64,000 nucleotides of DNA, taken from positions 21,825 through 85,824 of the forward strand of contig CALVBW010000023.1 in the NCBI GenBank assembly GCA_944325945.1, written 5' to 3'. The translations under genes and the position numbers were made by a program. The notes below the pieces were generated by a model, which ran no database searches, was not told the DNA's origin, and was given only the letters and a program-made list of their open reading frames with translations. This document shows positions 43,868-52,863 of the stretch, piece by piece (the stretch's first letter is position 1; the number at the start of each line of letters is the position of its first letter). Source of the DNA: Candidatus Gastranaerophilales bacterium (GTDB lineage Bacteria > Cyanobacteriota > Vampirovibrionia > Gastranaerophilales > Gastranaerophilaceae).

Positions 43868-45742
43868 CTATATATGAGGGCTTTTTAATGCTCTGAGTGA
43901 ATTCAAAACAGCCAGAAGGGTTACGCCTACATCCGCAAATACGGCTCCCCACATTGTCATATAGCCGAATGCTCCAAGCATTAGAAAAAGAACTTTTACG
44001 CCTATTGCAAAAATTATGTTTTGCCTTACTATAAGCATTGTTTTTTGCGCAATTTTTACGGCTGTCGGAATTTTTGAAGGTTTGTCATCCATAATTACAA
44101 CATCACTCGCCTCAATCGCGGCATCAGAACCCAGACCGCCCATTGCAATGCCGATATCTGCCCGTGCCAGCACCGGCGCATCGTTTATTCCGTCGCCCGT
44201 AAATATTACGCTTTTGTTTTTTGCTTTGTTTTGTATAATTTCTTCTATTTTGGCTACTTTGTCTGCCGGCAAAAGTTCTGAATAATATTTTTCAATACCG
44301 AGTTCACCTGCAATATGCCGTGCCGTGTTTTCGGAATCTCCCGTAAGCATTACAATGTTATTTACGAGTTTTTTTAATTCTTTTACGGCATCTGTTGAAT
44401 CCGGTTTTATTTCGTCTGAGATTACAATATAGCCTATAAATTCATTGTTTTTGGCTGTATAAATTATAGTCCCGCTCTCATTGGATTGTTTGAAATTTAT
44501 ATTGTATTTTTCCATAAGCTTGGCATTGCCTGCGAGAACTCTTATTCCGTTTATGTTTGCGGATACACCGTTTCCGGCATCTTCAACGACGTCCGTGATG
44601 GCTGTCGGATTGATTTCTTTCCCGTAAGCATTTTTGATTGATATTGCAATCGGGTGGTTTGAAAAATTCTCAGCCTGCGCTGTTAATTCAAGAAGTTCCT
44701 CCGGAGTTATGCCGTCTTGAGGGTTGATTTTTGTAACTTTAAATGAACCTTTTGTCAGCGTTCCTGTTTTATCAAATACCAGACTGTCAGGTTTTGACAG
44801 TAATTCAAGGTAACTGCTGCCTTTGATTAATATGCCGCATTTTGACGCACCGCCGATTCCTGCAAAAAAGCTTAACGGTACCGATATTACAAGCGCACAC
44901 GGACAGGATATTACAAGAAATGTCAGCGCGCGTTCTATCCAGATGTTGAATGCTGTGCCTGTCAATATCGGCGGAACTATTGCAAGCAACAGGGCGCCGA
45001 ACACAACAACAGGTGTGTAGTAGTGTGCAAATCTGGTAATAAAATTTTCGGCTTTTGCTTTTTTTGAGCTTGCATGTTCAACGAGTTCAAGGATTTTGGA
45101 AACGGTTGAGTCCGTAAATTCTTTTGTAACACGTATTTTAATAAGTCCGTTTGTGTTTATGCACCCGCTGAGAACTGTGTCGCCTTTTTGAGCTTCACGC
45201 GGAATTGATTCGCCGGTAAGTGCAGAGGTGTCAATTATTGCTTTTCCTTCAATAATCTCTCCGTCAAGCGGAATTTTTTCGCCGGCTTTTACTATAATTC
45301 TGTCGTTTATTTTGACTTTTTCTGGTGATTTTGTGAGAATTATACCGTTTTCTTCAACATTTGCATGATCAGGTTTTATGTCCATTAAATCCGTTATTGA
45401 TTTCCGTGACTTTTTAACTGCTAACCCTTGAAAATATTCGCCTATTCTGTACAAAATCATTACCATAACAGCTTCCGGATACTCGCCTATTGCCATTGCG
45501 CCGAGTGTTGCAATACCCATTAAAAAGTTTTCGTCAAAAATTTCTCCTCTTAAAATATTTTTAACGGCTTTCCATAAAATTTCTCCGCCTGCTATCAGAT
45601 ATGCCGCCAAGAATATCAAAAATCTGTCCGCACCTGTTGATTGCATCAAAAATGCAACCGTAAAAACTGCTGTCGCAGCAATGATTACGGCTAGTTCTTT
45701 TTTGTTGTTTGTTTCATGATGATGGTGATGATGTTCGCACAT
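43868..45742 (-). CDS. Heavy-metal (Cd/Zn/Co-type) translocating P1B-type ATPase with a His-rich N-terminus
   Basis: ORF trimmed to MCEHHHHHHE. Contains the CPC motif (VISCPCALVISVP), DKTGTLT and GDGINDAP. Confidence 0.9.
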   Translation of the reverse strand: MCEHHHHHHETNNKKELAVIIAATAVFTVAFLMQSTGADRFLIFLAAYLIAGGEILWKAVKNILRGEIFDENFLMGIATLGAMAIGEYPEAVMVMILYRIGEYFQGLAVKKSRKSITDLMDIKPDHANVEENGIILTKSPEKVKINDRIIVKAGEKIPLDGEIIEGKAIIDTSALTGESIPREAQKGDTVLSGCINTNGLIKIRVTKEFTDSTVSKILELVEHASSKKAKAENFITRFAHYYTPVVVFGALLLAIVPPILTGTAFNIWIERALTFLVISCPCALVISVPLSFFAGIGGASKCGILIKGSSYLELLSKPDSLVFDKTGTLTKGSFKVTKINPQDGITPEELLELTAQAENFSNHPIAISIKNAYGKEINPTAITDVVEDAGNGVSANINGIRVLAGNAKLMEKYNINFKQSNESGTIIYTAKNNEFIGYIVISDEIKPDSTDAVKELKKLVNNIVMLTGDSENTARHIAGELGIEKYYSELLPADKVAKIEEIIQNKAKNKSVIFTGDGINDAPVLARADIGIAMGGLGSDAAIEASDVVIMDDKPSKIPTAVKIAQKTMLIVRQNIIFAIGVKVLFLMLGAFGYMTMWGAVFADVGVTLLAVLNSLRALKSPHI

Positions 45743-45765
45743 AATTGCCTCTTTATTAATATTAT

Positions 45766-45844
45766 AATTGAACAACTGTTCAATTGTCAAGTGTGAGGCA
45801 TTAGAAATGCAATAAAAATTTACAATAGTTGAATAATTGTTCAA
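45766..45844. promoter_or_regulatory. Two ArsR/SmtB-type palindromic operators in the divergent ATPase/arsR intergenic region
   Basis: AATTGAACA-ac-TGTTCAATT (45766-45785) and TTGAATA-at-TGTTCAA (45829-45844). Confidence 0.6.
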
Positions 45845-45862
45845 TTGTGGTATGATATTAAT

Positions 45863-46213
45863 ATGGAAAATAAAAGAACTGATTGCGAAGCTATTAATAT
45901 TGATATTGTGGAAAAAGTCAGACCAAAGATGCCTGAGATGAATTTGTTGTATGAATTGTCGGATTTTTTCAAGGTTATGGGCGACGGCACACGAATACAG
46001 TTGTTGTGGGCGCTGGAAGAAAGCGAAATGTGTGTGGGAGATCTTGCGGTATTGTTAAATATGACAAAGTCTGCCGTATCACATCAATTAAAAGTTTTGC
46101 GGGTGGCAAAGCTTGTGAGAGCCGAAAAAAAAGGCAAAAATGTTTATTATTCTTTAAATGACCACCATGTGAAATTGATTTTAGAGAAAGCATTAGAGCA
46201 TGTTAGCGAGTAA
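45863..46213 (+). CDS. ArsR/SmtB-family metalloregulator
   Basis: ORF trimmed to MENKRTDCEA. Contains LYELSDFFKVMGDGTRIQLLWAL..EMCVGDLA...SAVSHQLKVLR. Confidence 0.85.
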   Translation: MENKRTDCEAINIDIVEKVRPKMPEMNLLYELSDFFKVMGDGTRIQLLWALEESEMCVGDLAVLLNMTKSAVSHQLKVLRVAKLVRAEKKGKNVYYSLNDHHVKLILEKALEHVSE

Positions 46214-46657
46214 TCAGTATATAAATTTTTCGATTATTCGGGCTGCATCAGCAATACATTTTTCGCAGGGGCGTGAGGCGTAATATTCTTCTGTGCGTTT
46301 TGACGGAACCGGTGAATCTTTGCCTTTTGGCAGACCGAGAATTTCGCGGCAGATAATTGTTTTGTGTTTTTCTTCAAATTCTGCGGCTAATTTTTGTATC
46401 CGTTCATAGTGCGCTTGTTTTATGGTGTCATTATTTGGTTCTGTATAACCGAATTTTAAGCCCGCTATCATAAACATTGCACTTACGGCTCCGCAAACTT
46501 CGCGTAATCTCCCCATGCCGCCGCCGAAGGAGGATGATAGTTTTAAACCTGTTTCAAAATCCATTCCGAAATCTTCACAAAAAGCGCAGAATACGGATTG
46601 GGCGCAGTTGTAGCCCGTATGAAATAATTCGACAGCTTTTTCGGATTTTGTTTTCAT
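46214..46657 (-). CDS. C_GCAxxG_C_C-family putative redox-active protein
   Basis: GYNCAQSVFCAF...EVCGAVSAMFMIAG...CREIL...CEKCI. Confidence 0.75.
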   Translation of the reverse strand: MKTKSEKAVELFHTGYNCAQSVFCAFCEDFGMDFETGLKLSSSFGGGMGRLREVCGAVSAMFMIAGLKFGYTEPNNDTIKQAHYERIQKLAAEFEEKHKTIICREILGLPKGKDSPVPSKRTEEYYASRPCEKCIADAARIIEKFIY

Positions 46658-46699
46658 ATTCAAATTATAAAACAAAATTTTTTGTGTTTTAATTATTTT

Positions 46700-47788
46700 A
46701 TGGACAAATTTTTTACAAATGAGATGACTTTATTAAAAGCCTTAGCCATAATGCTTGTGGTGTCCGGTCATCTTGAGTTTTCGCTACTGGGAATTTTTCC
46801 GCCGTATTCATTCCAAATTGCTTTATTTTTCTTTATTTCAGGGTGTTTATTTAAGGAAAAATATTTAAGTTTGCCGGCTGAATATATAAAACGTCGGGTT
46901 ATGAGTCTTCTGGTACCGTATTATTTATATGCGGGTTTTTATCTCGGAGTGACAGTTATTATTGCAAAATTAACCGGAAAATTCTGGGGGATGCCCGTTA
47001 CTTTAAAAAATTATATTCTGACACCGTTTCTCAACGGGCATGAATTGGATTTGATAGCACCTTTGTGGTTTGTAACCCAGTTATTTATGACTCTTGTAGT
47101 GTTTTTGTTTATATTCAGGCAACTGAAGAATTTAAAAGATAATAAATTTTTGCATCTGGTAATATTTTTGACAGGAGCGGTAATTTCTGTTTTTATGGCG
47201 GATAAAATGCCCCGCACCCCGTGTCTGCTGGTTGTTGTAAGAACTTTATTTTCAATGTTTTTTGTATATGCCGGGTATTTTTATACAAATTTCATAAAAG
47301 AAAAATACGATATTTTTACGGTGAAATGGCTGGGCGCAATTATTTGTATTCAAGCAGTCTTGTGGCTTTTTAATACTGATTATGATCCGGTACAGGGAAT
47401 AGGGTTGAGTTATGTTCTTGTATGGGGTGAATTTAATACATGGGGAATTGTTCCGATAATTGTTAGTCTGACGGGAATTTGGGCGGCATTATTTACGGTG
47501 AAAATATTCTATCCGTATTTGAAAAACGTTAGATTTTTGCAGGATATGGGAAACGTAACCTATCATATTATGGCTAATCATTTGTTTGTTATGTATTTAT
47601 TAACAGCGTTTTTCTTGTATTTGAACGGAATTCCTATGACTGAGAGGGCAAACCATGATATTTACTGGATCTTTGACCCGGTCAAAAATACATATCTGTA
47701 TTTTGTTATAACAATGGTTGTTACAACTTATATCGGAATCGGTTTAAAAAAAATGAAATCTTATATTTTTAGCCACATAGCATCATAA
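46700..47788 (+). CDS. Membrane acyltransferase (acyltransferase_3 family)
   Basis: LLKALAIMLVVSGHLEF and about 10 hydrophobic segments. Confidence 0.7.
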   Translation: MDKFFTNEMTLLKALAIMLVVSGHLEFSLLGIFPPYSFQIALFFFISGCLFKEKYLSLPAEYIKRRVMSLLVPYYLYAGFYLGVTVIIAKLTGKFWGMPVTLKNYILTPFLNGHELDLIAPLWFVTQLFMTLVVFLFIFRQLKNLKDNKFLHLVIFLTGAVISVFMADKMPRTPCLLVVVRTLFSMFFVYAGYFYTNFIKEKYDIFTVKWLGAIICIQAVLWLFNTDYDPVQGIGLSYVLVWGEFNTWGIVPIIVSLTGIWAALFTVKIFYPYLKNVRFLQDMGNVTYHIMANHLFVMYLLTAFFLYLNGIPMTERANHDIYWIFDPVKNTYLYFVITMVVTTYIGIGLKKMKSYIFSHIAS

Positions 47789-49827
47789 GGTTTTAACCGG
47801 ACGGTTAATTGTTTGTTTTTGGCCTGTACTTTTGTCATTTTATCCGTTAAAAGATCATAGAGATAAACTTCTTTTGATTTTTTCCCGAAATCATCATTAG
47901 GAAGGTTTACTGTTGCTTTTATTCTTTTATCGGTAAGATTATTGATTACAACAATTCTTGTGTCATTCAGTTCTCGAACGTATGCGAAAACTTCAGGTGA
48001 TTCTGTTTTAATTTCAGTAAAGGTTCCGCGTGTGATAACCGGATAATTTTTACGTAAGTTAATTAATTTTTTAACGCGTTCATATACCTTGTTATTAAAT
48101 GTACCTTTATTTGTTACTGCTTTTTTAAAGGTATCTTCGGTTATGGGACCTCTGTTTATGTCGCGGCTGTCAAAGTAGCTTAAAAGTTTGACTTTGTTTT
48201 TGCTATGTGTTTGTTTATATTCACGAAGTTTTGCACTGCGTTTTGCATTTGCAAAATTGTTTTGTATACCTATTTCATCCCCGTAATAAATTATAGGAAT
48301 TCCCGGAAGTGACAATAAAATTGAAAAAGCCATACCTATACGGTCAGGATTATTATCCAAAAAACTTGCCATTCTGCCGCTTACGCCAAAACCTTTTCTA
48401 AATCCGGCACCTTTAGGCGCTAAATCTTCAAATAAAAGTTCTCTGGTTTTGGAATTTACCATTTCAAGCGTCAATTCATCGTGCACTCGTAAAAATATTG
48501 CCCACGTCGCGGAATTAGGGATTTGAGGGGTTTGTTTATAAGCTTTCCAGAAATAGCTGTTATCTCCCGCAACAAGTGACGCCCAGATTGCCGGCATGTA
48601 AGGGAAATGATAGGCTATTTGAACTTCATCGGTTCTTGTCAGTTCCCTTTGTTCGCCGTTAATTGCCAGTTTGATTTTTTGTTCGGTTCCGAAATACGGA
48701 AGGATTTTATTCGGAAGCTGGCAGGCCTCTGCTTGAATTACCGAACGCGGAGCAACCGATTGAATATAAAGGCTTAATATTTTTATTATACGGTGCGTAT
48801 TTGAAAGATTTTCGGCATTTGTTCCTTCCTCTTTTATTAAATAAGGAATTGCATCCATTCTGAAAATATCTATCCCGAGATTTGCCCAGAAGCTTATAGT
48901 CTCAAGATTATAGTATAACACCTCAGGATTTTCCCAGTTTATATCCAGCTGGAACGGGTAAAAAGTATGATATAAATAGTAATCTTTGCCGTTTATAGTT
49001 ACCTTTCTGTAATGGTTTTCCGTAATTTCCGGAAAAATAAGCCGTCTTTTTGATATTTTGCCGTCAGGTTCTTTATATTCCACAACCTGACCGAGTTTTT
49101 CATCTTTGTAGCTTTTATATTCCGGCATTTGTTCGGTTACGACAAAGTAATTTAATTTTTCGATATCTCCGTTTTGTGCTTCTTTAAACCATACGTGTTC
49201 ATCCGAAAAGTGGTTTAACACTAAATCAGCTTTGATTTTAAAGCCTTTTTCTCTTGCAGCGGTTAGAAATTCTTTGAATTCTTTTATTCCACCCAGATCA
49301 TTTCTAACATCTCTCGGGTTTCTGACGTCAAATCCTGCATCTTTCATCGGTGAATCTGCAAAAGGCAGTATGTAAATTGTAGTAACGCCTAAATTTTTAA
49401 GATAATCAAGCATTTTTATATCATCTTTAAACGTATTTGGCGTGTTTGTGTTTTTTACTCCGAATTGGTCGGCATAAAACATATAGATTACTTCGTCTTT
49501 ATACCAGTCGTCCGGTCTTTTTAAATCTTCATCCTTCAAGCTTTGCGGACGGTCGAGTTTTGTTTGTTCGGCTATTTTTTCAATATTTGCGTATATTGTA
49601 TCAACATTTTGCTGTCCGTAAATCTTTGCCAGTGCCGATTTTATTTCCTTTTCAGCTTTTATCGGGATTACCGGCAGGGTAATTTGTTCCGAAATTTCTG
49701 CATTTAATTCATCTTTTGCTGCCGCAGCATTATATAATCCCGCATAATTAAACGAAAATATAATCGTAAGCAGAAAAACTATAAATTTCTTTACGGATAC
49801 ATTCAGCATAAATTTATTATAACTCAA
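47761..49827 (-). CDS. Secreted GH13 alpha-amylase-family glycoside hydrolase (trehalose synthase/amylosucrase-like)
   Basis: DWYKDEVIYMFYADQFG, DAGFDVRN, ADLVLNHFSDEHVWF, GIDIFRMDAIPYL. N-terminal signal peptide. An alternative ATG start lies at 49809. Confidence 0.8.
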   Translation of the reverse strand: MSYNKFMLNVSVKKFIVFLLTIIFSFNYAGLYNAAAAKDELNAEISEQITLPVIPIKAEKEIKSALAKIYGQQNVDTIYANIEKIAEQTKLDRPQSLKDEDLKRPDDWYKDEVIYMFYADQFGVKNTNTPNTFKDDIKMLDYLKNLGVTTIYILPFADSPMKDAGFDVRNPRDVRNDLGGIKEFKEFLTAAREKGFKIKADLVLNHFSDEHVWFKEAQNGDIEKLNYFVVTEQMPEYKSYKDEKLGQVVEYKEPDGKISKRRLIFPEITENHYRKVTINGKDYYLYHTFYPFQLDINWENPEVLYYNLETISFWANLGIDIFRMDAIPYLIKEEGTNAENLSNTHRIIKILSLYIQSVAPRSVIQAEACQLPNKILPYFGTEQKIKLAINGEQRELTRTDEVQIAYHFPYMPAIWASLVAGDNSYFWKAYKQTPQIPNSATWAIFLRVHDELTLEMVNSKTRELLFEDLAPKGAGFRKGFGVSGRMASFLDNNPDRIGMAFSILLSLPGIPIIYYGDEIGIQNNFANAKRSAKLREYKQTHSKNKVKLLSYFDSRDINRGPITEDTFKKAVTNKGTFNNKVYERVKKLINLRKNYPVITRGTFTEIKTESPEVFAYVRELNDTRIVVINNLTDKRIKATVNLPNDDFGKKSKEVYLYDLLTDKMTKVQAKNKQLTVRLKPYDAMWLKI

Positions 49828-49838
49828 ACATAAGAAAA

Positions 49839-50078
49839 TTATCTGCGTGAATATGCAAGCGCTATGGCAAGAGCAATTTCACTGTCTGATGAAAGTTTAT
49901 TTTTCTTGGAATATTTATTCTCTTCAGCTATTTCTTCCGGAAAAATATTGTTTATTTTTTTAATAACAACGGACATAATATTCATTGCCCAGACCATTAT
50001 TACAAGAAATGCAAATACAACACCCATGCCTATGCATAAGATTATTATTCCGTCTTCTAATAATGAAACTGTTTCCAT
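49839..50078 (-). CDS. OadG-like small membrane protein (decarboxylase gamma-chain family)
   Basis: LLEDGIIILCIGMGVVFAFLVIMVWAMNIM resembles OadG. No alpha or beta subunit genes lie nearby. Confidence 0.45.
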   Translation of the reverse strand: METVSLLEDGIIILCIGMGVVFAFLVIMVWAMNIMSVVIKKINNIFPEEIAEENKYSKKNKLSSDSEIALAIALAYSRR

Positions 50079-50131
50079 ATTTTCTCCTTTGAGTGTTTTC
50101 TTTATTCATTTTATTATAAAAAAATAAAAAT

Positions 50132-50794
50132 TCAAACAGATACAGGTATGGTTATTTCAAATTCTGTAATTGATTTTGTTGATTTGTTTAATTTTAAGTC
50201 TGCATTTTGAGCTTTGAGATTACATTTGCATATATGAAGTCCGAGTCCGTTTCCTGTTGGCTTGGTTGTAAAACCTTCTTCGAAAATTTCTTTTTGTTTT
50301 TCTTTTGAGATTATTTTTCCGTTGTTTGAAATTCTCAGATGTGCAACTTTATCTTTAATCTCGCCCATTATGTTAATTTCACCCTTAATTTCTATGGCTT
50401 CTATGGCATTTTTAATTATATTTACTATGCAGGCTAAAAATTTGTTTTCATCTACATAAATTGATGCCGTATTTTTTACAAAAGAGTTTATTGTAATGTT
50501 TTTCCCTTGAATGTAGGCATCTGAAAGTCTTGCACCTTCTTCTACAAGTGTTTTAAAATCACAATTATGCGGAACAAAATTGTTGACTGATTTTAAATCC
50601 AATAGGGTTGTGCTGATTATTTTTAAGGATTTTTTGATACATTCAATTGCATTTTCTGCAGAATTATTTTTGTAACCGTCACGTTCAAGATTTTTTTTTA
50701 AAATTTCCGTGTACATTTCACAAATCGAAATGTGGTTTCGTATTTCGTGAGATACGCATCTTGTCTGCAATTTTATTAAGTCTAATTCGTCCAT
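50132..50794 (-). CDS. Cytoplasmic sensor histidine kinase (HisKA-like plus HATPase_c)
   Basis: H-box CVSHEIRNHIS, N-box NIIKNAIEA, G-box GNGLGLHICK. No TM or sensor domain. Confidence 0.8.
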   Translation of the reverse strand: MDELDLIKLQTRCVSHEIRNHISICEMYTEILKKNLERDGYKNNSAENAIECIKKSLKIISTTLLDLKSVNNFVPHNCDFKTLVEEGARLSDAYIQGKNITINSFVKNTASIYVDENKFLACIVNIIKNAIEAIEIKGEINIMGEIKDKVAHLRISNNGKIISKEKQKEIFEEGFTTKPTGNGLGLHICKCNLKAQNADLKLNKSTKSITEFEITIPVSV

Positions 50795-50868
50795 TAAAGC
50801 CTTTCTTTAATTTTAAGGTCCAGCCTCAGCTGAACCTTAAAACCTCTTTACTTTTAAATGATATTTCG

Positions 50869-51567
50869 TTATACAGCCATTTTTACACGTCTTCTGTTTG
50901 CAAAGCCGTTGTTCAACGCATATAAAACAGCCTGGGTTCTGTCATTTACCTGAAGTTTTTGGAAAATGTTATTAACGTGGGTTTTAACTGTAGTTTCTGA
51001 TATAAATAATTTTCCTGCAATCCCCTTATAGTTATTACCCTGTGTCAGCAGATCCAGAACTTCTTCTTCTCTTGCTGTCAGGTATGTAAGAAGATTTTCT
51101 GAGTCGCTTGCAGAAGCTTCTTCTTTGTATGAATTCTGGAAGTATTCAAAGAATCTTGAAGAAAGTGCTGACGGAAGATAGATTTTGCCTGCTGCAACTT
51201 CATCTATCGCGTAGATTAATTGTGCTGATGCCATGGTTTTTAAAATATAACCTTTAGCACCGAGTTTCATTGCGCGGAAAATTAAATCTGAGTCATCATA
51301 GCCGCTCAAAGCAATTACTCTTGTGTCCAGCCCTAATCTTTCGATTTCCTGTATTGCTTGAAGACCGTCTTTCTCAGGCATATTGATATCCATTAAAACA
51401 ACGTCAGGATGATATTTTTTAATAAGATTAATGCCGATATTTGCGCTTGTTGTTGCGCCGACTACATCATAGCTGCTTTCAAGATTTATTAATTCTTTTA
51501 CGCCTCTTAAATGATCTGCGTTGTCATCAATTAACAAAACTCTTAATTTTCCTCTAAACTCTCTCAT
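50869..51567 (-). CDS. NarL/LuxR-family response regulator
   Basis: REC domain (LLIDDNADH...DVVLMDINMP) and LuxR HTH (LTAREEEVLDLLTQGNNYKGIAGKLFISETTVKTHVNNIFQKL). Confidence 0.9.
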   Translation of the reverse strand: MREFRGKLRVLLIDDNADHLRGVKELINLESSYDVVGATTSANIGINLIKKYHPDVVLMDINMPEKDGLQAIQEIERLGLDTRVIALSGYDDSDLIFRAMKLGAKGYILKTMASAQLIYAIDEVAAGKIYLPSALSSRFFEYFQNSYKEEASASDSENLLTYLTAREEEVLDLLTQGNNYKGIAGKLFISETTVKTHVNNIFQKLQVNDRTQAVLYALNNGFANRRRVKMAV

Positions 51568-51711
51568 TTTATCTCCCCTTTATTTTTTGTAACCTTTAAC
51601 TACACTTTACATACTACTATTTTTAGAGGGGGTATTCATCCATGACCCGATTGATATTGTAGTCATGGCGGTTTGAGAATTTGGCGTACATCCGTAGATT
51701 GATATTTTACC

Positions 51712-51756
51712 TCAACCATGCTCTAGACCATGATTTGCGGCATGGTTGATTTTTTT
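51712..51756 (+). terminator. Orphan plus-strand rho-independent terminator-like hairpin (10-bp perfect stem plus T7)
   Basis: TCAACCATGC-18 nt-GCATGGTTGA-TTTTTTT. No plus-strand CDS lies upstream of it. Confidence 0.45.
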
Positions 51757-51825
51757 GTAAATATTTTTTCGTTACATTTTTTGATATACAACAATTGTGG
51801 TATAATTTCGGTTAAGGAGAGTGTA

Positions 51826-52863
51826 ATGGAAATATTAATTTTTATAGGGGGATTTGTATTCGGAGCTGTATGTGTATTTATACCTTTTTTTATGGCTCAA
51901 AAAAATACCAGAGCTGATTTTGAAAACCTTGCTAACAGAATTTTTAAAGAAAATTCCGTTGAATTTTCCGCGCAAAATCGCGAACGTCTGGATGAGTTTT
52001 TTAAACTTTTTAAAGAACGAATTGCGGATTTTGAGAAAAGAACCGAAGATAATTTTAAGCAGGAAAAAGAAAATTTTACTATATTTGATTTGAATATTAA
52101 AAATTTTCTTGAAACCGGTAAAAAGATTTCAATGGATGCAAATGCTCTTGTTAATGTTATGAAGTCCGACAACCGCACCTCCGGCAAGTGGGGCGAAATT
52201 GTTCTTGAAAGAGTTCTGGAAGCTTCCGGTTTGAGAAAAGACGAAGAATATAAAATTCAGTCCGGCTCATCTGACGGCAGACCGGATGCAACGGTTTTTC
52301 TGCCTGATAACAGATGTATTTATATTGATTCCAAAACTTCGTTTGCTTCATTTGAAGGTTATGTTAATTCAGATAATGAATACGAAAAAGAAAATTATTT
52401 AAAACAGTTTATTGACTCGACTAAGGCACATATTTCCGGTCTCGCAAAGCGGGATTATTCATCTGATGATCGGTCTCCGGATTATGTCTTGATGTTTATA
52501 CCAATTGAAAGTTGTTATGCAATGCTGTTTTGTGAGGATTGTGCTCTTTGGGATTTCGCGTGGAAAAATAAGGTTATGCCGGTATCTCCGTCAACACTGC
52601 TTGCTGCTTTGAAAATTATTAATTCATTCCATGTCGTTGACAGGCACAATAAAAATGCGCTTGAGGTTACCAGAATATGTTCCAGAATGATTGATAAATT
52701 TTCCGACTTACTCGGTGATTTGACTAAAATTAAAAATGCCTATAATTCTGCCGTTACAAGGCTCACCGGCAAAGACAATATTATTAATCAATTGACCAGA
52801 ATTGAAGAGCTCGGAGTGAAAGGTTCTAAAAGTATACCGGAGATTCCTGAAGAGATTAATTAA
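51826..52863 (+). CDS. rmuC: DNA recombination protein RmuC
   Basis: ORF trimmed to MEILIFIGGF, which follows AAGGAGAG; TGgTATAAT at 51798-51806. Contains GKWGEIVLERVLE...DATVFLPD...IDSK...DYVLMFIPIE. Confidence 0.85.
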   Translation: MEILIFIGGFVFGAVCVFIPFFMAQKNTRADFENLANRIFKENSVEFSAQNRERLDEFFKLFKERIADFEKRTEDNFKQEKENFTIFDLNIKNFLETGKKISMDANALVNVMKSDNRTSGKWGEIVLERVLEASGLRKDEEYKIQSGSSDGRPDATVFLPDNRCIYIDSKTSFASFEGYVNSDNEYEKENYLKQFIDSTKAHISGLAKRDYSSDDRSPDYVLMFIPIESCYAMLFCEDCALWDFAWKNKVMPVSPSTLLAALKIINSFHVVDRHNKNALEVTRICSRMIDKFSDLLGDLTKIKNAYNSAVTRLTGKDNIINQLTRIEELGVKGSKSIPEIPEEIN

